A stretch of DNA of 64,000 nt from an uncultured Actinomycetota bacterium (GCA_963760125.1 CAVXBV010000012.1:9355-73354); one strand, 5' to 3'. Counted from the stretch's first letter, positions 1 to 11,248 are shown. The notes: generated from the letters alone by a model not told the origin. Numbers and translations are program-made.

Positions 1-743
1 GTGTTGAGGATGAGGTCGAAGTGGTTGCGGAGGTCCTTGAACGTCTGCGGGTCGCTGGTCGCGTAGTAGTGCTGCGCGCCGTACGCCAGGCCGTCCTCCT
101 GCTTGGCGAGCGTCTGGCTGAGCACGGTGACCTCGGCGCCCATCGCGACCGCGAGTTTCACACCGACGTGGCCGAGCCCGCCCATGCCGACGATCGCGAC
201 GCGCTTGCCCGGTCCGGCCTGCCAGTGGCGCAGCGGGGAGTACATCGTGATGCCGGCGCACAGCAGGGGGGCGGCGGCGTCCAAGGGGAGGGCCTGGGGG
301 ATGCGCAGCACGAAGTGCTCGTCGACGACGATCTCCGTGCTGTAGCCACCGTCGGTCGGCTTGCCGTCGCGACCCTTGCTGCCATAGGTGCCGATGTTGC
401 CGCCGAGGCAGTACTGCTCGAGTCCCTGGGTGCAGTGGTCGCAGGTCCGGCAGGAGTCGACCAAGCAGCCGACGCCGACCCGGTCACCGAGCTGGTGCGT
501 GGTCACGTCACTGCCGATCTCGACCACGGTGCCGGCGATCTCGTGTCCCGGCACGAGGGGGTAGTCGGCAGGTCCCCAGTCGCCGCGGCCGGTGTGGATG
601 TCGGAGTGGCAGATCCCGGCGTACGCGATCGCGAGGCGCACGTCCTTCGGTCCGACGGGGCGGCGCTCGATGGTGGTGCGCGCGAACGGCGCCTTCGGCG
701 CGGCGGTGGCGTAGGCGACGGCAGTGGTGGGCTGTGGGGACAT
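1..743 (-). CDS. Zn-dependent NAD(P)-alcohol dehydrogenase (MDR superfamily); C-terminus lies outside the window
   Basis: Own translation of minus strand from ATG 743-741: [20 protein letters not shown]...[35 protein letters not shown]...[15 protein letters not shown]...[17 protein letters not shown]. Has Zn-ligand motifs and a GxGxxG fold. Absent from the ORF track because it is open-ended. Confidence 0.85.
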   Translation of the reverse strand, partial: MSPQPTTAVAYATAAPKAPFARTTIERRPVGPKDVRLAIAYAGICHSDIHTGRGDWGPADYPLVPGHEIAGTVVEIGSDVTTHQLGDRVGVGCLVDSCRTCDHCTQGLEQYCLGGNIGTYGSKGRDGKPTDGGYSTEIVVDEHFVLRIPQALPLDAAAPLLCAGITMYSPLRHWQAGPGKRVAIVGMGGLGHVGVKLAVAMGAEVTVLSQTLAKQEDGLAYGAQHYYATSDPQTFKDLRNHFDLILN

Positions 744-933
744 GCGCTCAGCATGCCCCGCGGGGGAGGGGCGCGACCAGTCGGCTCGTCCTTGTCGCGT
801 GGTCTTCTTCCGTGCTCGCCACGCGCGGCCGCCGACGGCAGTCGCTGTCGCTGCTGGCACCTGCCGTGGCCCAGCACCCACTCGTGAGGGTGGCACCGAG
901 GCGGCAGCGTTCCTCCACACCGGGAAAGAGGTC

Positions 934-962
934 TTGACAGAGAGATCGAACACACATACTAT
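934..962 (+). promoter_or_regulatory. Near-consensus sigma-70-type promoter (TTGACA-N17-TACTAT) ahead of DUF222/HNH copy 1
   Basis: TTGACA 934-939, 17-nt spacer containing ATCGAACACA, TACTAT 957-962, then AGGAGG and ATG 982. The same architecture sits upstream of copy 2 (59378-59406, minus strand). Confidence 0.5.
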
Positions 963-981
963 CAAAGGTAGGAGGTGAGGC

Positions 982-2791
982 ATGAGCAGCGTGTACGGCG
1001 GGCTGCTGGCCCCTCCTGAGGACGTGCCGGGGGCCGACGGGCTACCGGACTGCCTCCCTGATTGGCTGCTCTCAGATCCCGGTGTGGCAGGCGATCTGCT
1101 GATGTCCCTGACGTGCGACTGCTGCGGCCGGTCCTGGGCTGTGCACGAGCGCGACGATGCCGGAGGGGACAAGAGCCCGGTGGCTGCTGGCGCCGTCGCT
1201 CTGGAATCGTCGGTGGTCGCTGAGGCGGAGGTGGGGTGGGCGATCCCTGGGGTGACGGGGATGCCTGGGTCGTCGGAGCTGGTGCTGCCGGTGCCGAGTC
1301 CTGAGGTGCAGGCGGTCCTGGACGCGATCGCGCGGTTGGAGTCGGTGGAGGTCACGGGCGTGCCGGGGGCGCAGGCGTTGGTCGATGCGCAGGCTCTGCT
1401 TGAGGCGGAGCGCCGGTTGCGGGTGCTGGACCTGCGCCGGATCGGGGACGTGCAGGCGCGCGGCCTGGCGGTCGAGGGCGGCTACGCCTCCACGACGTCG
1501 TGGTTGCGGCAGCACCGACCCGATGGGGACGTGGGTGATGCGCGGCTCGCCGGGGCGTTGCGGGACCACCCCGTGCTCGAGGCGGCGGTGCGGGACGGGT
1601 CGTGCTCGCTGGGTGCAGCGCGGAAGGTGAACGGCGGCACTGCGGCAGTGCGGGACGCAGCTCGACCGGCCGGACGGGCTGATCGACGGCCAGCCGGGTG
1701 ACGCGGTGCTGGATGCGGTGATCGGGCACGTCGCGACGGTCCTCTGCCGGGACCTGCAGGGGTTGCATGACGACGACCCCCGGCTGGCGGCAATCCTGGC
1801 GAAAGGTCAGACGCTGCAGCAGCTCCGGCTCGGCGGGGCGTCGCAGGCTGCGGTGCTTGAGAGCGCGTTGACCTGGCTCGCCCAGCAGGTTCGGCCGCGG
1901 GGGCTCACGGCGTTGTTGGACGAGATCGTGATGTGCGTGCTGCCGAGTGAGCTCGAGGAGCGGGAGAAGCGCGGGCAGGCCCGGCGGAGCTTCAGCCTGA
2001 CGCTCAAGGACGACGGGAGTGGCTGGCACGCGTGCGGTGACCTGACCCTGGAGTGCGGGGAGCGGTTGTGGGTCGCGCTGCGTGCGATGGCCACCGGCGA
2101 TCCGGCGAATCCGCAGGACACTCAGGCGTGGGAAGACGCGCGCTCCGCGGGAGCCGCGGACGTCGATGAGGTCTTCGGGCCGCTGGGCCGGGCGCTCGCT
2201 GCGCAGGGACAGCTGCTGCCCCGGGCCCGGAGCGCGCGGCTGCATGACGCGCTGAACCTGCTGCTCGAGCGGTACCTGTCTGCGGGTCTGGGTGGGCTGT
2301 TGGGGAAAGCGCCGGTGCAGATCCACGTCACCCTGTCCGACCAGGCGCTCATCGACCGGCCCGGTGCGCCGCCGCCGAGGGCGGACAGCGGCCGGTTGAT
2401 CCCGCGCAGTGTGGTCCGTCGGTGGTGGAGCGACAGTCGGGTCAGCGCCTGGGTCCTTGGGCAAGGTGGGAAGTCACTACGGGTGATTCATGGTCAACGG
2501 ACGCTGACCGCGGACGAACGCAGGGCCCTCACCATCGAAGGGGGAGGGCGGTGCGTCGGGGACGGGTGCTGCCCCGCAGTCCCTGATCCGCTCAGGCCAC
2601 TGCGGCCGCATCACGTGCTGGGCTATGCCGAGGACCAGGTCACCAGCCTCGAGGACACCGTCCCGGTCTGTGATCGGCTGCACCACGACCTGCACACCGG
2701 CAAACGGACCGTGCAGGTCCGCGACGGCCGGTGGCTCACCGAGAACGGCTGGACCACCGCACCCACCCTGCTCGACAACCCGCCGTTCTGA
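982..2791 (+). pseudogene. DUF222 / HNH endonuclease (REP13E12-like) copy 1, one frameshift
   Basis: ORFs 982-1701 and 1706-2791 are the N- and C-parts of one protein. The frame changes near 1629 (AARKV then TAALRQCG; one A too many in GTGAACG), judged against the paralog at 57505-59354. C-terminal HNH motif: RPHHVLGYAEDQVTSLEDTVPVCDRLHHDLH. Confidence 0.8.
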
Positions 2792-2871
2792 CAGTGACCT
2801 CGGGCAAGCCCGGAGCCGACACGCCGAGGCAGGAGCCGAGCCCGAGCCCGGTCCGGGCGTTCACTCGATGC

Positions 2872-3987
2872 ATGAGGCGACGCAGGCAGCACCAGCAGGA
2901 CATCCCCGGCGTGCACGGGCGGGTCCGCTCGGGTCGGGAGACCGACGACCTGCTGAAGCGGCTCAACGCCGGCGACATCGCCGTCGTCGACCACGTGGAC
3001 CTCGACGGGACGACAGCCCAGGCCCTGGTGGACAAGCACGTCGTCGCCGTGGTCAACGCCGCACCGAGCACGAGCGGCCGGTATCCCAACCTCGGGCCGC
3101 GGGTGCTGGTGGACAACGGCGTGCTGCTGCTCGACCACGTGGGGGCGGGCGTGTTCACCGGTCTCCAGGACGGCAAGCGGGCGCGGGTGCACGACGACGC
3201 GCTCTGGGTGGGGGAGGACCGGGTCGCCACTGGTCGGGTGCTCGACCTTGACGCCGTCACCACCGCCGCCGACCACGCGCGGGCGGGCCTCACCGCCCAG
3301 CTCGCGGACCTGGTGGCCAACACGACCGGCTTCCTGCTCGACGAGCGGGACGTCCTGCTCGACGGCACCGGGATCCCCTGGACCCGGACCCCGCTCGAGG
3401 GCCGCGACGTGGTCGTGGTCGTCGACGCCCACCAGGCACGGGCCGAGCTCGCCGCGCTGAGGCGTTTTGTGAAGCGGCGTGATCCTGTCTTCATCGGGGT
3501 CGACGCGGGAGCCGACCTGCTGCTGGAGAACGGTCACCGGCCGCACCTGGTCCTGGGGAACAGCAGCCGGCTGAGCGCCTCGGCGCTCGCCGCAGCCCAG
3601 GAGGTGGTGCACCGCGGTGTCCTGCCGGACGGCGCCCTCGACCGGCGCAAGGGCGACCCGGCGCCGTCTGTCCGGTTCGGCACCAGCATCCCGGCCGCGG
3701 ACCTCGCGCTGCTGATCGCTGACCAGGCCGGCGCGCGCACCCTCACCGTGGTCGGCTTCCCGACGACGACCGAGCAGGTCCTGGACCACGGCCGGGCGGG
3801 AGCGCCGAGTGCCCTGCTGGTCCGGCTGCACCTGCTGGACCGGGTGATCGGAGCGCAGGCGGCGGCGGCGCTGACCCCGCGGCGCGCGCTCGTCCTCCCG
3901 CTGGTGCTGGCGCTCGTAGCGGCGGGGCTGGGCGCGGGATTCGACCCGCAGACCGTCCTCGACCGGTGGAACGACCTGCCTTTCTAG
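2872..3987 (+). CDS. steA: SteA-like putative cytokinetic ring protein
   Basis: Part of ORF 2731-3987. Start taken at Met48 (ATG 2872), just before IPGVHGRVRSGRETDDLLKRLNAGDIAVVDHVDLDGTTAQALV, the typical SteA N-terminus. C-terminal TM segment, and the position directly upstream of pyrG matches other actinobacteria. Confidence 0.7.
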   Translation: MRRRRQHQQDIPGVHGRVRSGRETDDLLKRLNAGDIAVVDHVDLDGTTAQALVDKHVVAVVNAAPSTSGRYPNLGPRVLVDNGVLLLDHVGAGVFTGLQDGKRARVHDDALWVGEDRVATGRVLDLDAVTTAADHARAGLTAQLADLVANTTGFLLDERDVLLDGTGIPWTRTPLEGRDVVVVVDAHQARAELAALRRFVKRRDPVFIGVDAGADLLLENGHRPHLVLGNSSRLSASALAAAQEVVHRGVLPDGALDRRKGDPAPSVRFGTSIPAADLALLIADQAGARTLTVVGFPTTTEQVLDHGRAGAPSALLVRLHLLDRVIGAQAAAALTPRRALVLPLVLALVAAGLGAGFDPQTVLDRWNDLPF

Positions 3988-4083
3988 GCGCCCCTGGCGC
4001 GTCGGACGACGGCCGGCACCGACCCCTGTTAGCCTGGTCTTCCGTGCAGCGAGTGCATCGCTGACTGACACGGGGAGCCCCTC

Positions 4084-5727
<1,644 letters not shown>

Positions 5728-5739
<12 letters not shown>

Positions 5740-6135
5740 GAGCAGCACGGGGATTCGGCGGCGGGTCTTGCTCTGGTAGTCGACGTACGGCGGGAAGGCG
5801 GTGCACGCCCGCGACCACCACCGCGTGCGCTCGGTGCCGGTGACCTCGCGGGCGGTCAGCGAGTGGGTGACGCCGGCGTCGAGCAGGGTCACGACCGGGT
5901 GGGCGAGCAGGTTGGCGTACCACGCAGGGTGGCGATCGGCCCCGCGGGCGGAGGCCACGACGCAGTAGGTCCCGGCGTGCTCCACCCGCATGAGGGGTGT
6001 CTTGCGGACGGCGCCGGTCCGGACCCCGGTGGTGGTGAGCAGCACGACGGCTCGGGCGCTCAGCCCTTGACCGGTGCGCTCCAGGTGATCCACCTCGTCG
6101 CGGACCCAGTCGACGGGGGAGGGGAGGTACGTCAC
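5728..6135 (-). CDS. Deazaflavin (F420)-dependent nitroreductase family protein (DDN-like)
   Basis: 135 aa: [53 protein letters not shown]...[21 protein letters not shown]. This is the typical PF04075-type pattern. Confidence 0.75.
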
Positions 6136-6161
6136 TCCCTCAGTGTGCCGGAGCCAACCCT

Positions 6162-6189
6162 TTCAACTTTATCAACCCCGCGGTAGAGT
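6162..6189 (+). promoter_or_regulatory. Possible promoter of the Xre-RES operon (TTCAAC-N16-TAGAGT)
   Basis: AT-rich patch in the divergent intergenic region. TTCAAC 6162-6167, TAGAGT 6184-6189, then GAGGAGG 6199-6205. Confidence 0.3.
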
Positions 6190-6195
6190 ACGACC

Positions 6196-6645
6196 TTGAG
6201 GAGGTCGAAGCCCGTGGATGTGCGAGCGCTGTACGCCCGAGCCAGTGGTCCGGCGCAGGCCCTGGCTGTCGCCGTCCTCGAGCAGGACCTCACCGATCAG
6301 GAGTGGGCCAGCCAGGTCGGGCCGGCGCTGAGCCAGGCTGACGTCGCCCGGCTGCTCGACATCAGCGTTCAGGCGGTGAGCAAGAGCCGCGGCCTGCTCC
6401 GCCTGCGCAACCGGGACGGACGCGTTGTCTACCCCGTGGTTCAGTTCGACGGTCGTCGGCCCCTCCCCGCCCTGCAGGAGGTGCTCGCGCTCCTCGACGG
6501 GCCGCTGCTGCCTCTCACCATCGCGTCGTGGCTCACGACCTCACACCCCGCTCTGGACGGACGGACCCCTGCCCTGGCGTTGCGAGACGGTGACCGCGTC
6601 GCCGTGCTGCGGCTGGCCCGCCAGACGGTGTCCTCCGCCGGCTGA
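6196..6645 (+). CDS. Xre-family antitoxin with C-terminal DUF2384-like domain (MbcA/ParS-like)
   Basis: ORF 6196-6645. The likely true start is GTG 6214, 8 nt after GAGGAGG. HTH-like segment: QADVARLLDISVQAVSKSRG. C-terminus: WLTTSHPALDGRTPALALRDGDRVAVLRLARQ. Lies immediately upstream of a RES-domain gene. Confidence 0.7.
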   Translation: MRRSKPVDVRALYARASGPAQALAVAVLEQDLTDQEWASQVGPALSQADVARLLDISVQAVSKSRGLLRLRNRDGRVVYPVVQFDGRRPLPALQEVLALLDGPLLPLTIASWLTTSHPALDGRTPALALRDGDRVAVLRLARQTVSSAG

Positions 6646-6654
6646 GTCCCCACT

Positions 6655-7326
6655 GTGCCGCAGCCCGAGCCTCCTCCCGTCACCACCCTGGGCCGACTCC
6701 CCACCCGGGTGCTGGCCGGGGTCGTGTTGCACCGGGTCTTCTTGGCCCGCCGGCCGAGCCCGTGGTGGTTCTCGGGCGTGCCGAGCGACGCCGACCCGGA
6801 CGGCTTCGGGCGGTTCGACCTCCCGCTCCCCGATGGCGCGTGCTACCTGGCGACCAGCCCCGTCTCGGCGGCCCTCGAGACCTTCCAGCACCTGGTCGGC
6901 GGACTGCTGCCCGACGACGAGTTGAGGCGGCGCGCCCGGGTCGAGGTGCTCGCGCCCGCCAGCACACCGCTGGCTGCGAACCTCACCGCGGCCCGCGCGC
7001 GCGGTGCCGGGGTGACCTACGAGCTGTTCTCCAGCGGGGATCGGGCGCTCTCGCAGCGCTGGGCCGGCGGCCTTCGCCGGGCCGGGTTTCGCGCTCTCGT
7101 GCAGGGGGTGCGGCACGACCCCACCGGACGGCTGCGGGCGGTCACGCTGTTCGACCTCGCGGGGGACCATGCGCCGTACGACGACGAGGCGGGGTGGGCC
7201 GGGGAGCGCAAGGCGCTGCACACCGACATGGCGTTGCGGACCGCTCTCGGGAGGTACGGCATCCGGGTCACCCGCTCGGACGTGCAACTGCTCGTCGTGG
7301 CGCTCGAGGACAGCGGGCTGCTGTAG
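6655..7326 (+). CDS. RES-domain toxin (MbcT/ParT-like NAD+-targeting family)
   Basis: 223 aa: LHRVFLARRPSPWWFSG...GRFDLPLPDGACYLATSPVSAALE. Separated by 9 nt from the Xre/DUF2384 gene. The RES pattern is judged by eye only. Confidence 0.7.
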   Translation: MPQPEPPPVTTLGRLPTRVLAGVVLHRVFLARRPSPWWFSGVPSDADPDGFGRFDLPLPDGACYLATSPVSAALETFQHLVGGLLPDDELRRRARVEVLAPASTPLAANLTAARARGAGVTYELFSSGDRALSQRWAGGLRRAGFRALVQGVRHDPTGRLRAVTLFDLAGDHAPYDDEAGWAGERKALHTDMALRTALGRYGIRVTRSDVQLLVVALEDSGLL

Positions 7327-7327
7327 A

Positions 7328-8062
7328 TCAGCGCGCGACGGCGGCAGTCTTCGCGGTGGGGGAGACCTCGACGTCCTCCTTGCGCGGGTTGGTGCGCAGC
7401 ACCCGGTCGCCGCCGCGACGCGTCACGCCGAGCCAGTAGCGCTCGTTGCGGAAGTGGTGCAACCGATGCGCCCGGTGCAGGCGCCGGTACGGGCCGTGGC
7501 GCGGCACGTAGTCGGTGTGGATGAGGAAGTGGACCCACTCGTAGACCAAGACCATCACCGCGGCGACCAGGACCCCGGTCACCGCGGACGGCGTCCGGAA
7601 GACCAGCACGATCGCGCCGAGGAGCACGCTCCCGCCGTACACGGTGACGGGGTGGAGGAACTGCCAGCGCAGGTCGCGCGGGTCCTCGTGGTGGCGCCGA
7701 TGGGCGTAGCCGGCGATCTTGTCGCGGCGGGAGCCGTTCGCCGGGCAGTGCAGGACGAAGACGTGGATCAGCCACTCCACGAACGGCTGAGCCGCCAACA
7801 GCGAGGCGACGACCACCGCATCGGCCCACGACCACGACGTCCACCAGCCGGGCCAGGCGAGCCGGACGACGAGCAGGACGCCGATCTGCGCGGCCAGCAG
7901 CAGGGGAGTCCGGTGCGCGCGGAACTCCGCGAACGCTTCGGGCAGCGTGTGCAGGTCGCGGGTGACAGGTGGCACGACGCCGACGGTACGCCGCACCTGG
8001 GCCTTGCGGCACCTCGCGGCGCCCGGTACCTTGCCTGACATGGAACCGGGTGGGACACGCAT
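7328..8062 (-). CDS. Fatty acid hydroxylase / sterol desaturase superfamily membrane protein
   Basis: His-box motifs HVFVLH, HRRHHEDP and HRAHRLHHF, with several TM stretches. The start is uncertain: ATG 8062, ATG 8041 or GTG 7975. The first two would overlap the divergent padR start. Confidence 0.7.
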   Translation of the reverse strand: MRVPPGSMSGKVPGAARCRKAQVRRTVGVVPPVTRDLHTLPEAFAEFRAHRTPLLLAAQIGVLLVVRLAWPGWWTSWSWADAVVVASLLAAQPFVEWLIHVFVLHCPANGSRRDKIAGYAHRRHHEDPRDLRWQFLHPVTVYGGSVLLGAIVLVFRTPSAVTGVLVAAVMVLVYEWVHFLIHTDYVPRHGPYRRLHRAHRLHHFRNERYWLGVTRRGGDRVLRTNPRKEDVEVSPTAKTAAVAR

Positions 8063-8381
8063 CTCCCAGCTCCGCCGTGGGGTGCTGGAGTTCTGCGTGC
8101 TCGCCCTTCTCTCCGAGGCCGAGCTCTACGGCTTCGACCTGGTCCGTCGCCTGTCTGAGGTCGACGGGCTGGTGACCAGCGAGGGGACCATCTACCCGCT
8201 GCTGTCCCGGCTCCGGCGCGAGGGCTGGGTCACCACGACCTGGGCCGAGTCGGAGTCCGGACCACCGCGCCGCTACTACGCCCTCACCACGGACGGCGCG
8301 CAGGCGCTGGCCGGCTTCACCCAGGACTGGGAGCGCTTCCGCGACTCCGTCGACGCCGTACTCACCAAGGGGACGTCATGA
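8040..8381 (+). CDS. PadR family transcriptional regulator
   Basis: Met32 of ORF 7947-8381: ISQLRRGVLEFCVLALLSEAELYGFDLVRRLSEVDGLVTSEGTIYPLLSRLRREGWVTTTW..RRYYALT. Confidence 0.9.
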   Translation: MEPGGTRISQLRRGVLEFCVLALLSEAELYGFDLVRRLSEVDGLVTSEGTIYPLLSRLRREGWVTTTWAESESGPPRRYYALTTDGAQALAGFTQDWERFRDSVDAVLTKGTS

Positions 8382-9320
8382 CCGCCTCGACCGTCGACGC
8401 GCTGGTCGCCGACTACCTGCACCGGCTGTCTGCTGCCGCGGCCGCGTTGCCTCCGGAGCGGCGCAGCGACGTGCTGTCGGGCATCGAGGAGCACATCGCC
8501 GACGCCCGGGCCGCCGGCGCCGCGGCGGACGAGGCGGCGGTGCGCACGTTGCTCGACCGGCTCGGCGAGCCCGAGGAGATCGTCGCCGCGGCGCAGGACG
8601 AGGTCGGCGTGGCGTACCCACCGCCGGGCTATCCCCGTGCGCCCGAACCACCGGTGGTCCTTCGCCCCCGCAGCACCGGGCTCGAGCTGGCTGCGGTCCT
8701 CATGCTCACCGCGGGGTCGCTGATCCCCGTCATCGGATGGCTCGTCGGCGTCGCGCTGCTGTGGAGCAGCCGGCTGTTCCGGACGGGGGAGAAGGTCCTC
8801 GCCACCCTGGTCGTGCCCGGCGGACCGGGACTGCTGCTGCTGGTCGGGCTTTCCTGGTACCCGGGCAGGTCTGCAGCGCGTCGAGCACGAGTGTGGCGGT
8901 CCCGTCGCCTGGGCCGACCTGGCGTTCGACGAGCCTCCCCTGGTGACCACGCTGTCCTGTTCCGGTGGGCTGCCGTTCCCGACCTGGCTGACGCTGCTGA
9001 TGGCGGTGGTGGCGCTCGTCGCCCCCGTCGTCGTCGCGGTCGCGATCTACCGGCGGGCCCAGGTGCGGGCGGCCGCAGAGCCGCCCACACCGGTCACCGC
9101 ACGAGCGGGCCGGTGGGGCGGCCTGGAGATCGCGGCCGTCGCGCTGCTGGGCCTGGGGTCGTTCCTGCTGCCCGGCGTCGGTCCGCTCCTCGGGCTGGTG
9201 CTCGTCTACCTGAGCGCGCAGTGGACCACCAGGGAGAAGGTCATCGCCACCGCGATAGCCATCGTCCCGTCGCTGCTGCTCGTCGTCGGAGTGTTCTCGT
9301 TGAGTGCTGGAGGTCTGTGA
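8378..9320 (+). pseudogene. PadR-associated HAAS/DUF1700-like membrane protein with duplicated TM module; apparent frameshift near 8860
   Basis: N-terminus: VDALVADYLHRLSAAAAALPPERRSDVLSGIEEHIADARAAG...LLDRLGEPEEIV. Module 1 (GLELAAVLMLTAGSLIPVIGWLVGVALLWSSRLFRTGEKVLATL) is in frame 2. Its repeat (GGLEIAAVALLGLGSFLLPGVGPLLGLVLVYLSAQWTTREKVIATA) is in frame 3 (ORF 8943-9320). Beyond about 8870, frame 2 becomes Arg-rich nonsense. Confidence 0.5.
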
Positions 9321-9418
9321 TGGTGCTGGGTGCGTTCTACTTCGCCCTGCTGCTGGGGGTGCTGGGCCCTGCCCTTGCCGCCCTCTACCTGCTCGTGGTG
9401 CTCAACGGTCGCTCCTGA
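9320..9418 (+). CDS. Possible 32-aa hydrophobic micro-protein, translationally coupled
   Basis: ATG 9320 shares its A with stop TGA 9318-9320. Sequence MVLGAFYFALLLGVLGPALAALYLLVVLNGRS is a single TM helix with high GC3. Confidence 0.3.
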   Translation: MVLGAFYFALLLGVLGPALAALYLLVVLNGRS

Positions 9419-9438
9419 GCCTCTGACAGGCTGGGGGC

Positions 9439-10053
9439 GTGCATGACTACGAGGTCCAGCAGTCCGACACCGTGTTCGAGGGTCGGATCATCGACCTCCG
9501 GCGGGACATCGTCGCCATGCCAGGGGGGACGACGTCCCAGCGCGACGTCGTCGTGCACCCCGGCGCGGTCGGAGTGGTCGCCCTGCGTCCGGGCCCCGAC
9601 GGGCTCGAGGTGCTGCTGGTCAACCAGTACCGCCACCCGGTCCAGCGGCGGCTGGACGAGCTCCCGGCGGGACTGCTCGACGTCGCCGGAGAGCCGGGGC
9701 TCGCGGCGGCGAAGCGCGAGTTGGCCGAGGAGGCAGGGTACGGCGCGGACACCTGGCACGTCCTCGCCGACGTCCTCACCAGCCCGGGGATGACCGACGA
9801 GTCGATCCGGATCTACCTGGCCCGCGACGTCCACGAGGTCGAGCGGGACGTGCAGGAGCACGAGGAGCTCGAGATGACCAGCCACTGGGCACCGCTCGCG
9901 GACGCCGTCCGTGCCGTGTTGTCCGGGGAGCTGGAGAACGCCGCGTGCGCGATCGGCGTGCTGGCCGCGGCCGCCGCGGAGAACGAGGGGTTCGCCCTGC
10001 TTCGCCCCGCCGATGCTCCGTGGCGGGCCCGGCCGGGGTCCGGCGGGCACTAG
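9439..10053 (+). CDS. NUDIX hydrolase (ADP-ribose pyrophosphatase-like)
   Basis: Nudix box GLLDVAGEPGLAAAKRELAEEAGY. N-terminus: FEGRIIDLRRDIVAMPGG. Holds the conserved position between pyrG and xerD. Confidence 0.9.
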   Translation: MHDYEVQQSDTVFEGRIIDLRRDIVAMPGGTTSQRDVVVHPGAVGVVALRPGPDGLEVLLVNQYRHPVQRRLDELPAGLLDVAGEPGLAAAKRELAEEAGYGADTWHVLADVLTSPGMTDESIRIYLARDVHEVERDVQEHEELEMTSHWAPLADAVRAVLSGELENAACAIGVLAAAAAENEGFALLRPADAPWRARPGSGGH

Positions 10054-10132
10054 GCTCGCGGGCGCCGGACACCCTCCCGGCGCCAGGGCGTCGGGTCCCG
10101 ACCGGACGCGACCACGTGATCAAGGAGCGCTC

Positions 10133-11248
10133 GTGAAGGTCGGCATCCCCCGCGAGGTCAAGAACCACGAGTACCGCGTGGCCATCACCCCCGCGGGAGT
10201 GCGCGAGCTCGTCGCCCACGGCCACGAGGTCTTCATCGAGCAGGACGCCGGCGTCGGGTCCTCCATCACCGACGAGGAGTTCGTCGCCGCCGGGGCGACC
10301 ATCCTCCCGACCGCGGACGACGTCTGGGCGACCGGTGATCTCGTGCTCAAGGTCAAGGAGCCCATCGCGGAGGAGTACCCCCGCATGCGCTCCGGGCAGG
10401 TGTTGTTCACCTACCTGCACCTCGCGGCGTCGCGTGCGTGCACCGATGCCCTGCTGAAGGCCGGCGTCACGGGCGTCGCCTACGAGACGGTCCAGCTGCC
10501 CGACCTGTCGCTGCCGCTGCTCGCCCCGATGTCAGAGGTGGCCGGCCGCATGGCGCCGCAGGTCGGGGCGCACTGCCTCGAGCGCGCCTCCGGCGGCCGC
10601 GGCGTCCTCATGGGCGGCGTCTCCGGGGTGTACGCCGCCAAGGTCGTCGTGATCGGCGCCGGCGTCTCGGGCATGAACGCTGCCGCCATCGCGCTCGGCA
10701 TGCAGGCCGAGGTGCTGCTGCTCGACCGCAACGTGGCGCGCCTGCGCGAGGTCGACCGGATCTACCAGGGCCACATGCAGACGGTCTGCTCCAACACCTA
10801 CGAGATCGAGCGCGCCGTCGTCGACGCCGACCTGGTCATCGGCGCGGTGCTCGTGCCGGGTGCCAAGGCACCGATCCTCATCAGCGACGACCTGGTCGGG
10901 CAGATGAAGCAGGGCTCGGTGCTCGTCGACATCTCCGTGGACCAGGGCGGCTGCTTCGAGTCGACCCGTCCCACGACGCACGCCGACCCGACGTACGAGG
11001 TGAACGGGTCGCTGTTCTACTGCGTGGCCAACATGCCCGGTGCGGTGCCGAACACGTCGACGTACGCGCTCACCAACGTGACGCTGCCCTACGCCGTGGA
11101 GATCGCCGACCGCGGCATCGCCGCCGCCTGCGCCGCTGACCCGGCGCTCGCGCTGGGGGTGAACACCGTCGGCGGACAGGTCACCTACGCCCCGGTCGCG
11201 CAGGCGCACGGTCTGACGTCGGTGCCGCTGTCGTCGGTGCTGGTCTAG
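10133..11248 (+). CDS. ald: Alanine dehydrogenase
   Basis: GTG 10133 preceded by [49 protein letters not shown]...[14 protein letters not shown]. This is the in-frame tail of ORF 9911-11248. Confidence 0.93.
   Translation: MKVGIPREVKNHEYRVAITPAGVRELVAHGHEVFIEQDAGVGSSITDEEFVAAGATILPTADDVWATGDLVLKVKEPIAEEYPRMRSGQVLFTYLHLAASRACTDALLKAGVTGVAYETVQLPDLSLPLLAPMSEVAGRMAPQVGAHCLERASGGRGVLMGGVSGVYAAKVVVIGAGVSGMNAAAIALGMQAEVLLLDRNVARLREVDRIYQGHMQTVCSNTYEIERAVVDADLVIGAVLVPGAKAPILISDDLVGQMKQGSVLVDISVDQGGCFESTRPTTHADPTYEVNGSLFYCVANMPGAVPNTSTYALTNVTLPYAVEIADRGIAAACAADPALALGVNTVGGQVTYAPVAQAHGLTSVPLSSVLV

Noticed and set aside
4021-4083. A pyrG leader attenuator: hairpin CAGCGA-GTGCA-TCGCTG, with a possible -10 TAGCCT upstream.
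   Set aside because: The 6-bp stem is short, has no U-tract, and I cannot match it to a known motif. It is too weak to call more than a possible promoter-proximal structure.
8855-8870. Programmed ribosomal frameshifting as an explanation for the split genes (membrane protein, tyrA, pcd, CoA-transferase, glpD).
   Set aside because: I could see no shared slippery heptamer or stimulatory structure at the sites. The affected genes are unrelated families that are normally single-frame. Indels at short homopolymers fit better.
10133-11248. ald as a horizontally inserted gene between the Nudix gene and xerD.
   Set aside because: Codon usage and GC look native, and no flanking repeats or mobility genes are present. 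Nothing distinguishes it from ordinary lineage-specific gene order.
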